A stretch of DNA of 64,000 nt from Vicugna vicugna (taxonomy: Eukaryota): the NCBI GenBank assembly GCA_013265495.1, contig MU057930.1:1318057-1382056 (forward strand). Direction: 5' to 3'. Of this stretch, positions 52,011 through 63,035 are shown one piece after another. The notes beneath the pieces are model-generated. The model was not told the DNA's origin. It worked only from the letters and a program-made list of their open reading frames with translations, and did no database searches. The translations under genes and the position numbers were made by a program. How positions within the stretch are numbered: the stretch's first letter is position 1; every line of letters starts with the position of its first letter.

Positions 52011-52140
52011 CACCTGTCCATACTGCTGGCCGGCGAACAGTCAGTTCAGTAATTCCCCAGAGCTGGCAGATACTTCTCCACACATAAAAAACACCATTAG
52101 GGCCGCAAACCTGTAACAGCTAACGTCTAATTCTTCCTCC
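52011..52140 (-). pseudogene. Exon: cNMP-binding domain 1 core
   Basis: (Q)EEELDVSCYRFAALMVFFMCGEVSASSGELLN*LFAGQQYGQV resembles the cNMP pattern YII.SG.V.V...TL..G..FGE; one in-frame TGA; phase 2 to 0; GTAACT donor. Confidence 0.75.
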
Positions 52141-52221
52141 CTAGATTTAAGTCCCCATGCAACCCAACAAAAAAAAATTATGGTAACTTAAGTGATCCAT
52201 TTTCATTAACAAGTGTGTTAC

Positions 52222-52343
52222 TGATATCTTAAGAAAGGTGAATTTTATTTAGGTGATCTTTGAACACGAAGGCCCCTGTATTGGCAAAGATGCAATCATT
52301 TGGAAAAGCTTTCCAGCTGCCTAGTTAATCCATCATGTGAAAG
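52222..52343 (-). pseudogene. Exon: start of cNMP-binding domain 1 (disabled)
   Basis: tttcatacAG...CA|GTAAC; LSHDGLTRQLESFSK* with shifted frame FANTGAFVFKD; phase 2 joins the next exon across an 81-bp intron. Confidence 0.6.
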
Positions 52344-53543
52344 CTGTATGAAATGTACAGTACGTGTTAAGCCATTAACATCTGATTAGATAAAATCACT
52401 CAACTTCCCAACAAAGGTGAGTCAAAACCCTTAAGGAATGATCCCAGGACACAAAACAGAGTGGGATTTCAGGACACCACCGCCTACCTACAGGCGCATC
52501 TCTACTTGCCCGTCAGGGAGGAGAGCCATCAGATCTGTCTCTTTGGACCTTGGCTTTCTCTTTGCAGAGGCCAGCACTGCTGGTTTTACGTGACGGAACT
52601 TGTCCCACTGGCTTGTACATACGTTTCTCTGTAATAATTCAATATGAGTAAAACCCCAGACCACAAAAGGGAAGTCACACTGCTTACTTTTGTTTCACGT
52701 ATGAATTACACGAACATTCTTCCAAAGTGTGTATTTTGAATGCGTATCATGGGCATCACTGGCAGAGAGCTCTATTTTAAATGTCTGAATGCTACGAATT
52801 CATTTCGGTTCTGGAACTCCAGAGTGGTATTTAACAGGATTGTAAAAGGGAAAAAAAATCACAACATAACTTCACAGGACGACTTTTGATTTACACGTGG
52901 GCACCACACACATGATGTTCTACACATGAATAGCATTCGAGCCGTTCGCAATATTCATGTCTATTTATGTTCCTCGTGAGCTCCTTCCAGGAGCACATCA
53001 AGTCTTAGCCGGCGCTAGGGAGCGAGAAACCCTGGCACCTCACCTTGCTCCATCCGAAGTTTCCAACAGGAGCCCGTTATGTACAGAGAGTGCCGAGAAG
53101 GAGGAAACGTGAGAAACGAAGCATTCTGAGAGAAGACACCCCCCTCTCCCCCCACAAGCTGATTCAAAACAACGGGATCTGTCTGGGACAAAAGCATATG
53201 GAACAGCTGTTGGCAGGGACTGCTGAAATTATTTCCCGACTCTGGCCGTTCCCCGAAACTTTAAGGAAAAGAAAACAAATATTACGTCATAAAAATCTTG
53301 GGGAAGAGATGATGTCTACCAGGCAGAACTGCTCTACTGCTGGTTTTCCAGAACCGGACAGAGACAGACAAGGTGGTCCTCAGGACGGACTTACCCTGCT
53401 TTGGTGCCAAGAAAGTCACCACTTCAGGTGAGCTAATAATGGGGGAATGCAGTCCCACGGGCTGAAACATCGGCTTTGTAGGATGACGCTGCTCTGCTTT
53501 TTATCGCACACCTCTGGCTCTGCCTTCCTGGACCCCGTAGCAG

Positions 53544-54199
53544 TGTTAGAGCAGGCAGCTAGCTAGCTATGAGCAGAGACAGGAGGACACGGCCCAAATG
53601 GCAGGAATTGGGCAGAAAGGAGGGGCCCGGGCCAAACGCAGGAAACCACACATCATGTGAGCCGCAGGGGCCCTTGGGCAGACAAAGAAAAGCAGGAACA
53701 TTGGGGCTGATAAGGGATCATGCCTTTTGGGGGTGACAGGTGGCCTGGAGAAGAACAAAGAAACGTGAGAAAAGGCAGGAATCCCCAGTGTCCGAAATTC
53801 CTTTTGCTCATTATGCCCTCATTTCAATAAAAATCAGCCTTGCAGATCCGAAGCACCCATCATGCACCGACGCCATGACACTTCCGATCCAGACTAAGTA
53901 AGGACAAAAATCCCTCCTCCCTTTGGGGAGGTGGAGCTGGGATGATAATCAGGGAATCGACCCCACACCTTTCCCTCCCCAATGAATATTCCGCCCACTC
54001 ATTTTTACACCCCATGTAACTCACTTGCCAAAGAAACTCAGGGCAGCCGCTCCCCTGAGCCTGCCCGCTCTCCCCTGAGAGTGTACTATCCATCCTCTAA
54101 TAAATCCTCACTTTACCTTTTTTAACCACTATGTCTTGTCTCTGAATTCTTTCTGGGGCAGACAAGAACCCGGAACACCGGTTTCATCTATCAGCAACT
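53544..54199 (+). mobile_element. ERV solo LTR, family A copy 2
   Basis: Starts with TG, AATAAA near 54100, flanks gcag / gtag; homologous to 51020-51659. Confidence 0.85.
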
Positions 54200-55571
54200 G
54201 TAGGACACCCTTCATCTGCCAGCTCTCCAACCTTCACGTCCGTCACGGATGCTCGTACGTTCACTCTTACCTACTGGGACCCCGGCTGCCAGGGCAGGTC
54301 AACGCCACCCTTTCAAGTACCCCCGAACAAATGACGGCTCTCCTTTGTAGAACCCTGACGAGCGGCAAGCCAGACACTTGCCTGTCTCCTGAAACCTACT
54401 ACCTAGAGTGCCTAACAGACGTGTATCCTGCAGAGACAGGGAAGAGCGGGTCTGGCGACCTTTCTCTTAGTAAGTGTTTCTGCCGCGCGGGTATTTATTT
54501 TTTGTAAATGACATGTTAGATTGGTTTTGCCACATTTTTTTATTTCCCCTCTAAAGGGGAAATGCCTTTGCCTTCCTATTTGAAATTTTTTTTTCTTTTG
54601 AGTTGTCTCTCTCAACCTCTTTTCCCTCTCCTGGTCCCCCTTTCCCTTTAGATAATCATTATGTTACGTTCTTACGCTCTTTATCTGTCTTTTTTTCTTT
54701 CCTACTTTCTTCTTTTAATTTTATTTTCTTTGTTAAAATGTCAGGTTGAGTCTCAGCTCACGGAGTAGTTATTTTGTTTATAGATTTAAAATTGTATTCA
54801 ATTTGTTGAAATGAAATATAACATAGAATCTCTTTCTTATTTTGTATAAAGAATGAAGAAACTAACTTTTGTTATTGGAAAGTCTCATCTTAAACACTTT
54901 TCATATCATTTTGCCTATTTTTTACATTATGTAATGGTCTATAATAATTCACTTGGTAAACATTCACTTTTATTATTCTATAATTGTAACATTTACTGAC
55001 TGTGAATATTATCAAGATAAACCAATATGTACGTAACTCAAATTACTGAGGTTTTTCAGGAAAAAGTAAAGTGAAAACTTGCTTCAATGAGATCAAGAAA
55101 TGCCCATTAACAATTTATAAAACAGAATTATTACACATATCTAATTTTTACAAGAAATATCTCAATAAAGATATTATTCATGTTTTTTGTATAATAAAAC
55201 ATAGTAAATATTTTTAAACATTAAGAGCAAAATATTGAAGTACAATTTTTAGTTGCTTTTTTTTTCCCACAAACTACAAATCAAGACCATTAAGTAAACT
55301 AAACTGAAAAGATTTTTCTTTCTGACTTACAGGTTCACTCAGAAAACAAAGAAACCAACCATGTGTGTATATACATAAATATTTCTTGAAGAGGCAAAAC
55401 ACTGACAATGTAAGGAAGAAAATGTCTTTTCTGGAAACCTGAATTTTTCTTGTTTAAATAAAGATAAGCCCTTACGAGTCTCTATAAGCCAATCAGAACA
55501 GGTGCTCAATTAAATTTTAAGGAACCATATCATCTAATTCAGTATCTTCAGAAATGTTCAAAGCATAATAC

Positions 55572-55680
55572 GCTTTTTCTCAAAAAAGATTTCAAAGAAG
55601 TAAAGTGGAAGGCTTTCTGTCGAATTCCAAAGAAAGCTACCAGAACTCGTTTTGATTAAACAGCAGGGTATGTTGGAAAT
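55572..55680 (-). pseudogene. Candidate N-terminal exon
   Basis: tttctaacAG acceptor, GTATTA donor; one open frame ISNIPCCLIKTSSGSFLWNSTESLPLYFFEIFFEKK. Confidence 0.35.
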
Positions 55681-56019
55681 CTGTTAGAAATGTTAATCAA
55701 TTAAAGAAATAAAATTAAGCACCATCAGAAGTCCCTTTATGACTATTTTCTGAAGCTGACAAGTCATTCTCTTATGTCCATGACTATTACAATAACAGTG
55801 TTTACTTTCAGGAATTTTTTTATAAAGCTTAATTAGCTTGAGATCTGAGGACTTATTAAATACTGGTTTAATTGGATGTCAGAACCCCTATTTTTTTAAA
55901 TTACTCACATTATTTCCGAAGACATATGTTTCTCTTTGATTTCTTTGCTCTTATTTCAGAAGTCCTGTCATGATTTTCTTTTATAATTATTTCATTGTTT
56001 TAATTATTCACTGTACTTG

Positions 56020-56790
56020 TCAAAGATCATTCCACTCCTGGGCATTCACCAGAAAACACAAAAACTCTTCAATCGAAAAGATACCTGCACCCCAAAGTTC
56101 ATAGCAGCACTATTTACAACACCCAAGACATGGAAACAATTCAAATGCCCATCAACAGATGACTAGATGAAAAAGATGTGCTGTCTTTATATAATGGAAT
56201 ACTACTCAGCCATAAAAAAGAATGAAATAAAGCCATTTGCAGCAACATGGACCTGGAGATCATCATACTAAGTGAAGTAAGTCAGACAGAGAAAGACAAA
56301 TACCCTATGCCATCACTTGTATGTGAAATCTAAAAAAATGCAACAAATTAGTGACGAAAACTACAAACAGAATTGAAAATCTAAAGAACAAACTAGTGGT
56401 GACGAGTGGGAAGAGGGAAGGGGGAAAGGGCGTGATGGGGGTACAAAATAAGAGGTATAAACAAGTCAGACAGACAAAGACAAATACCCTATGCCATCAC
56501 TTATATGTGAAATCTAAAAAAACCAACAAATTAGTGACAAAAACTACAAACAGAATTGAAAATCTAAAGAACCAGTGGTGACGAGTGGGAAGAGGGAAGG
56601 GGGAAAGGGCGTGATGGGGGTACAAAATAAGAGGTATAAATTATCGGGCATAAAATAAATGAGCTACAAGACGTATTGTACAACACGTGGCATAAAGCCA
56701 GTGTTTTATACTACTTATAAATGGAGTATAACCCTTTAACAATTTCAAATCCTGTAGCGTATTATCGTACATCAACTATACTTTAATTGG
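56020..56790 (+). mobile_element. L1 3' end with an internal ~184-bp tandem duplication (56279-56640)
   Basis: ORF2-end and 3' UTR motifs; gtcagacaga...aagaggtataa occurs twice with several differences. Confidence 0.9.
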
Positions 56791-57012
56791 AAACAACCAA
56801 AAACGAAAAGTAACTCTGTGGTGTTGGACCGAAACAAAAACTGAAACAGAAAGATCAGGTACTGAGTATCAGCGAGTCGGTTTCCTTCCATTCCCCAGCC
56901 CCCCGCCTCGGGCGGTATCACCGTCTTACCGAGGAAACCTCCCGTCCTCACTGCATACGTAGGGCAGCCTTGGCACAGGAGCTCCGTTTTGTGTTCATGG
57001 ATAATTATCACG

Positions 57013-57480
57013 ACCACGGTGCAAATGAGGGCTTGCGGGGGAGCAGCGGGCTCCAACACTCTCAGGATTAGAGGAACGCGCAGGTGGGTGCACACGTAGG
57101 CACACACACCCAGGGCTATATGGTCACCAAGACACGACCACCATAACGTCTCAACCGCTCGGTCCCAAATGCCAGGAAACGGCCAAATTACTCAAGGCAG
57201 ACGAAGAAATGCAAATGCAGCAAAACAAATGTGATTCCATGTCACCACCACGGTGCAAACGAGGGCTAGCGGGGGAGCAGCGGGCTCCAACACTCTCAGG
57301 ATTAGAGGAACGCGCAGGTGGGTGCACACGTAGGCACACACACCCAGGGCTATATGGTCACCAAGACACGACCACCATAACGTCTCAACCGCTCGGTCCC
57401 AAATGCCAGGAAACGGCCAAATTACTCAAGGCAGACGAAGAAATGCAAATGCAGCAAAACAAATGTGATTCCATGTCACC
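57013..57480. repeat. Tandem duplication, 2 x 234 bp
   Basis: 57013-57246 and 57247-57480; only two mismatches seen, both near the unit start. Confidence 0.95.
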
Positions 57481-57769
57481 GACTACCTTAAAGGGCCGCT
57501 GAATCGTACTGAAAACACACAACAAACCAGCTAAATATTCCTCTCTTAGTGCAGCCAGTGTAGACGGCGATACACTGATCAGAATCACATCTGGAGTCAC
57601 TTGGTCAAAAATCAAAGTCACAACTCAGAGCCAACACACTCAGCCACTTCCATGTGACATTTAAACATGAGTCTTGGGAAGGTTCCAGCAGACTCAAGGG
57701 GTATGAATTTGGGTCGAGAACCACTGAAGGCTGCGTACCTCGGCTGGTGACCTCGAAGGCAGACGCGCT

Positions 57770-58680
57770 CAACCCACACCCCCCTTCCTCTTCCTTTCTG
57801 TCTCTCCTCCATCACCAATCCCCACCCCCGTGTCACATTTCTCAGTCTACAAACATGTTGTCAAGTCAAAAATGACATGGAAATCCTTGCCGAGCCTCCG
57901 ACAGCTACCGCCTGGTTCCTGCTCCCCCTTGGAGTGAATCTCCTGGAACCAGTGTACACGTTTCTTCAGCATATAGGTGTCTCACGTCGCCTTTGGTCGA
58001 CTTACCCCAGCTGAGGTGTCCCGGCCGCGGGTACTCAGATGTCACAGCGACGCTCCCAAGGATGACTTCAGCCCTGAGCACACTGCCGGAGCTCCAGGGT
58101 CAAAGGTCCATCAGCAGACTGACCACCTACATGGGAGGGGAGAGACAGCTGGATGAAGTAAAGCTCACGCAGCCTGTAAGCAGAACAGATTGGACAGGGT
58201 GGAGGGTTGGGGTGTGGCACAGGAAGAGGATGGAGAGGCATGGGAAGAGGCAGGTACTGACTGGCGGGGGGTGTGCAGGACTGTGAAGGAATCGGGGCTT
58301 AATCTGGATGGCAGCATAATCATTTGAGGGCTGGAAACCAGAGATCTGGGCGAGGGTGGGGTGGGGTGTCAGTGAAACATGCAGATTGCCCCAGAGGAGC
58401 TTTGCACAGTCTAGTAGAACATGACGGAATGTGGATAAAGTGGTAGCCGTGGAGATGGTGACAGGACTGTGACTCAGGGTGTATTGTGATGGCAGACCTC
58501 CCAGAAATGGCTGAAGAACCGACTGTAAAAATCTCACTTTGATTTGGGCAAGTGGGTGAATACTTGGGCCACTTCCCGTGAGAGAGAGACTTAGGGAAAA
58601 CCAACTTGGGGTTTGACATGTTTTGCTCAAGATGTGTATTTGAGCTCCAAAGGGAGTTGGATCGTCTACAATTGTATTCA
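57770..58680. mobile_element. L2 fragments, probably in both orientations
   Basis: Degenerate L2-like motifs (ggtagccgtggagatggtga, ttggggtttgacatgttttgctcaagatg). Confidence 0.5.
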
Positions 58681-58699
58681 TAGGAAAGGACTCTTTTTA

Positions 58700-58965
58700 A
58701 AGAAATGAAAAGGGGGGCGGCTACATTAGGAGTTTGGGATTTGCAGGTACCAACATACAAAATATATACTATATATACTAAGTAATACATAAAATAAATA
58801 ACAAAGACCTTCTATACAGCACAGGGGACTACATTCAATATCTTATAATAACCTATAATGCAAAAAGAAAATGAAAAAGAATAGATACGTATAAGTGAAA
58901 CATGACGCTGTACATCAGAAATTAACACAACACTATCAATCAACTACATACTTAAATTGGAAAAA
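58700..58965 (+). mobile_element. L1 3' end fragment
   Basis: ttaggagtttgggatttgcag...tacagcacaggggactacattcaatatcttataataacctataatg...caactacatactt. Confidence 0.85.
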
Positions 58966-59550
58966 GAACAGGAATTAAGGGATGAAGGGAGAAGTGGAGA
59001 GGGGAAATATTGCGGGAATGCCTGAATAGCCTCTTTTACGGTTATTCCATTTTCTGCCCCATCCAAACTCTTCGGCCTTCTAGAAGGATCCCAGGGTAAA
59101 GCTTTTCTCAACTTACGAAGGGATCGTTTCTCAGCCCCACAGAAAACAGGACAACTCTGTTATTCCTGCTTCCATTTGCCAAGGCCTTACTACCAGGCAC
59201 ACCTGTTTAATGACCTGGTCTTTGTGCTAATGGCCTTTCATCTTTCTTCCTTTCTCATTTTTATTCTTACAGGCTTTCCGAAAGGGCTGTCAGGTCAACG
59301 TGTGTCTTCTCCTCCACTGTTCTCTATCACTCTTAGTCTTTCACATACTGAGATGTTCCAGCTTGAAAGGGAAACAGACAGCCTCTATGGGGAATGTGAA
59401 TTATTTTAGTTTCCTTGTCTCAGGTGGGTAAGAACAAAGAAGCCCATTTCAAGTCAGATCGTAAAGCTCACCTGTTACTACACATAAGAGCATGAAATTA
59501 AAATGTTCCCTTCCCCTTCTATTTGGCGATATCAAGATTTAATGACTTAC

Positions 59551-59744
59551 TCTCTACCGGAACCGTTTTTACTACACCATTTACTACCTCTCCCGCCGGC
59601 CATCCTTGCCCGGAGCAGAAATCACATTTTGCTACCGGCCTTCCTGAGAACATTTTTACCCGTTTGTAATACCAATGGTTTTACTATGAAGCACGACCAA
59701 ATCAGACTTCACCACTTGGTGATTAAAACGACCTTAAGGACCAC
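59551..59744 (-). pseudogene. Candidate early exon of the GEF pseudogene
   Basis: ctgctcAG acceptor and strong GA|GTAAGT donor; no domain recognised. Confidence 0.45.
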
Positions 59745-60003
59745 CTGAGCAGATAACGCTCGCAACTCAACTCCAGCTAAAAACTGACCAACCCTGCAAT
59801 TTCACGCCTGCACCTGAAATCATTCTTAGGGTCTTCCTTTTGGAACACCTCCCTCCCCTTTCACCACCCAGAAGTTTCAATGAATCACTGCACTACCACC
59901 AAGGGCCCTTTCTCAGGGAACCTGTAGGTAATATTCTAAGAGGTAACACCCCCCTCCAAGCTCCTCCCCAGATGAGACGAGAATTTGTAAAGTGAAACGT
60001 AAT

Positions 60004-60537
60004 TCTAACAGAAAAGAACAAATCTGACTCCCTATCAGGTCTTCTTTCTTTGGCTTTAACCCCGTGCCCTGTTTTCTAGGCTTACTCTGGCCAGCTCTGT
60101 ACCTTTTGTAAAACAATGTTGCCTAGAGCCTGATATATACAGGAGAGCCCATTCTCAAGGCTCTGACCCTTAAGGCTATTAACACTTTGACACTTTTACA
60201 AAGATAACAAGTTGCACAATGGAGAATAACATTTGTCTTGTTGGAGGTTTTGCAAGAGCCCCATGACCTAACCCACGTGGACAGCTGCAAGAACAAAAGA
60301 TGCTAAGGACAAAGAATTCCCACGCTAAGAAATTTGCAACAACCAACCCCACCCTCTCCTCTTTTCAGTATTAAAGGAGCCTGAATGCTGACTTAGGGAA
60401 GACGGCTCTCCAAGACTACCGTATTCTGGGCCTGCTGGCTTTTGGTATAAAGTCGCTATCCCTCGCCCCAACGCCTCCCGTCTCTCCATTTACTGGCCTG
60501 TCCTGCGGCAAGCAGAGCGAGTTTGGACTCGGTAACT
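60004..60537 (+). mobile_element. ERV solo LTR, family B copy 1
   Basis: About 530 bp, reverse-complement homologue of 62099-62628; ends ...gagtttggactcggtaac. Confidence 0.85.
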
Positions 60538-60659
60538 TTAGTAGGATTTAACGCCGAGGAAAACTTAACAGGAAGATGCTGCAAATTACTCAGAAGCTGC
60601 CAGGCACCAGTCACCGCACAGGACATTAGAGGAATCCTAGTTCCGCTCCAGGGAGGTAA

Positions 60660-61330
60660 TTACCCAAAAGCGCCCAGGAGGCACGCGGGCGCGCAGGTGC
60701 AGGTGCAGGTGCGATGCTCTCCTGGGTGAACCTTCCACACCTGGCGGCCGGCGGCCCGCCTGGCTGCGGCCTCGGGCCTCGGCAGAGGTGGAAGTGGGGA
60801 GTCCAGGGTCCCTCCAGGGAGCCCCCGAGGCCGCCCCCGCCTCTCCGGAGCTGGGAAGGTTCTCCATTTGGGACCCCAGCTTCCACAGCGCACTGCCCCG
60901 TTCAGGCTCCAGCAGGGCCTCTGGGCCCGAGCCTGGACCCCCTGTGCCAGGCCGGGCTGCTGGGGCTGGAGAGGGGCGCGGGCATCACGGGGACTGCGGT
61001 CTGCTGGGGCCCTGGCGGCAGCCAGACTCCTTCTGGGAACAAGTCTGGCCAGGATCCTCCAGCGCGCGGGCTTCCGGAAGGTCCGCCCTCAAGCAGCCAT
61101 TGCGCGCCTCCGTTAAGCCGCTCGGTATCCCGCTTATATCCCTCCCACATCCCGCGAGACCCTGTGAGCCCCGCGAGACCACCCTGAGATCCCGCGAGAC
61201 CTCCCCCGAAGATCCCGCGAGACCTCCCACCGCCGTCTTAAGCACAGTCACGCTGGGCCATGGCGCCTCCGCCTGCTTCCGCTATCTTTGGAGCCACGTG
61301 ATTGGTGCTCATGGTTTATTTCTGAGACAG
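60660..61330 (-). promoter_or_regulatory. CpG-island promoter and putative first exon of the GEF pseudogene
   Basis: GC/CpG-dense segment. On the minus strand: CCAAT (~61301-61305), E-box CACGTG (61295-61300), TATA-like GATATAAG (~61133-61140), palindromic ETS core CTTCCGGAAG (61071-61080), four CCCGCGAGACC motifs (61151-61224), ATG at 60867 and splice donor TGG|GTAATT at 60664/60663. Confidence 0.7.
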
Positions 61331-62098
61331 TGAAGTTGCAATGCTTTCCGTTCGGGGTTTTTTTTTCCAGTCTGCACGTTCGGTTCTTGCCAGCTACAGG
61401 AGGGTACCCCTTATGTGTAAAAGCATCCCACAGCGTGAGCGACAGTCGTCATAGGGGCCCTCTTGTGAAGGAAGACACCAGATAAAGCGTGTCGCTCCGC
61501 ATCCTGACCTCTTAGCCGCGTCTTCCTTGGGATTTAAATGCTCGACAGGGGCACAGACGGGCTCCGTGTTTCTAAAGACTCAGTGCTCTGTGCACAGGGC
61601 TTGCATTAATTATTATTGTCACTGGACTCCCCTCCGTGGACATAATTCATTTTCTTTCCTCCCCAAAATCTGTGGTTGCTCCAAGAGAAACTCAGTTACC
61701 ACATATGGTAGGTTGCAGGTAGTCGTGGAAGAAAGTGCTCACTCATGGCGTCATCTGGGCGACCCGTCCTTCCTCTGTCTTGGACCGGACCTCGTGGGAA
61801 AGGCTGAGTCTCTAAAGACGGAAATGAATGGCTTTGTGACCTCATGGGTCGGGCAGGGCGACTATTGAGAGATGGGAGGAGTGAATCCTTGTTAACATGG
61901 GGTCATTGGTATAAAGAAGGGACGTGGGCGTGTGGCCGTCGCCTGTGGTCCTCAGGATAGGAAAGAAGAAAGGGAGCACGTGTTTGGACCTGGGAGGGAA
62001 TGGGTACCAGGAATGGCCGGGAACCGTGGCAGCGTTTTTAATGATGCTGCTGCTTCATCGGTGGGAAAAGGCAGGATGAACGTTCCAGGTACTGAGCA

Positions 62099-62628
62099 TG
62101 TTACCGAGGCCAAACTCGTCTGCTCACTGCAGGACAGGCCAGTAAATGGGGAGACGAGGTGTTGGGGCAAGGAATAGTGACTTTATTCAGAAAGCCGGCA
62201 GACCCAAAGGATGCCAGGCTGATGTCCCAGAAAGCCACCTTCCCTAAGTCAGAATTCAGGCTCCCTTTATACTACAAAGGCAGTTTGGTGGGGGGGGGGG
62301 GTAGTTGGTTGTTGCAAACTTCTTAGTGTAGGAATTCTTTGTTCTTGTAGGTGTCTGCGTGGGTCAGGTCATGGTGCCTCTGTGAGATTTCCAACAAAAC
62401 AAATGTTATTTTCTATTCTGCAACTTGTTATCTTTATATAAGTGCAAAAATATTAATATCATTAAAGGTCAGAGCCTTGAAAATGGGCTCTCCTGTATAT
62501 TTTAGGCTAAAGGCAACATTCTTTTATAAAAGGTGCAGAGCTAGCAAGACTAAGACTGGAAAACAGCACAGGGTTAAAGCCAAAGAAACAGATCTAATAT
62601 GGAGTCAGATTTGTTCTTTTCTATTACA
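62099..62628 (-). mobile_element. ERV solo LTR, family B copy 2
   Basis: TG...CA termini, AATAAA on the minus strand (~62182-62187), flanks agca / agaa. Confidence 0.9.
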
Positions 62629-62759
62629 AGAACATACATTACAAATTTGCAGCTGTGCTGGGTGGTTTGGGCAAGTATCAGCAGGCATTCATTTTATTTT
62701 ATTTTTTTCAGGTGAATTTTCAGGGCAAGGGGAGCAAGGTGCTTACAGGTGAGGGTTTC

Positions 62760-63035
62760 AGAAGACTCACAGACGTAGAAAACAGACTTAGTGTTACCAA
62801 AGGGGAAAGAGGGACGGGACAAATTAGGACTTTGGGATTAACAAATACAAACTACTGTATATAAAATAGATAAAGAACAAGATGTGACTGCATGGCACAG
62901 GGAATTATAGTAAATATCTTGTAATACACCATAATGCAAAAGAATATGTATATATATTTATAACTGAATCACTATGCTATACACCTGAAACTAACACAAC
63001 TTTTAAGTTAACTATACTCAAGTTAAAAAATAAAA
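62760..63035 (+). mobile_element. L1 3' end fragment
   Basis: gactcacagacgtagaaaacagactta...actgaatcactatgctatacacctgaaactaacacaac plus A tail. Confidence 0.85.

Larger units (their letters stand above)
286..61100 (-). pseudogene. Large unprocessed pseudogene of a cNMP-cNMP-[REM-CDC25-X]x2 Ras/Rap guanine-nucleotide exchange factor; possibly the T2 (brachyury 2) orthologue; 3' end lies outside the window
   Basis: About 35-40 AG/GT-bounded minus-strand exons, many phase-compatible. Translations align by eye with cNMP, REM and CDC25 consensus motifs in the expected order, with REM-CDC25 occurring twice. Numerous premature stops, frameshifts and two exonic SINE insertions. Confidence 0.8.

Noticed and set aside
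51020..54199. Intact or deleted provirus
   Set aside because: No gag/pol/env remnants, host exons in the interval and no shared TSD.
57151..57621. ORFs with repeated peptides
   Set aside because: A by-product of the 234-bp tandem duplication; no splice or homology support.
286..61100. Functional protein-coding gene
   Set aside because: Stops and frameshifts in many exons plus SINEs inside exons; too many and too varied to be sequencing error.
61150..61224. CRISPR-like repeat-spacer array
   Set aside because: Eukaryotic context, 11-bp repeats with 8-12-bp spacers and no cas genes.
60985..61251. Resemblance to the FBXO15 N-terminus (GPSR) in the CpG island
   Set aside because: Only a few residues in GC-rich sequence; no F-box or other FBXO15 exons downstream.
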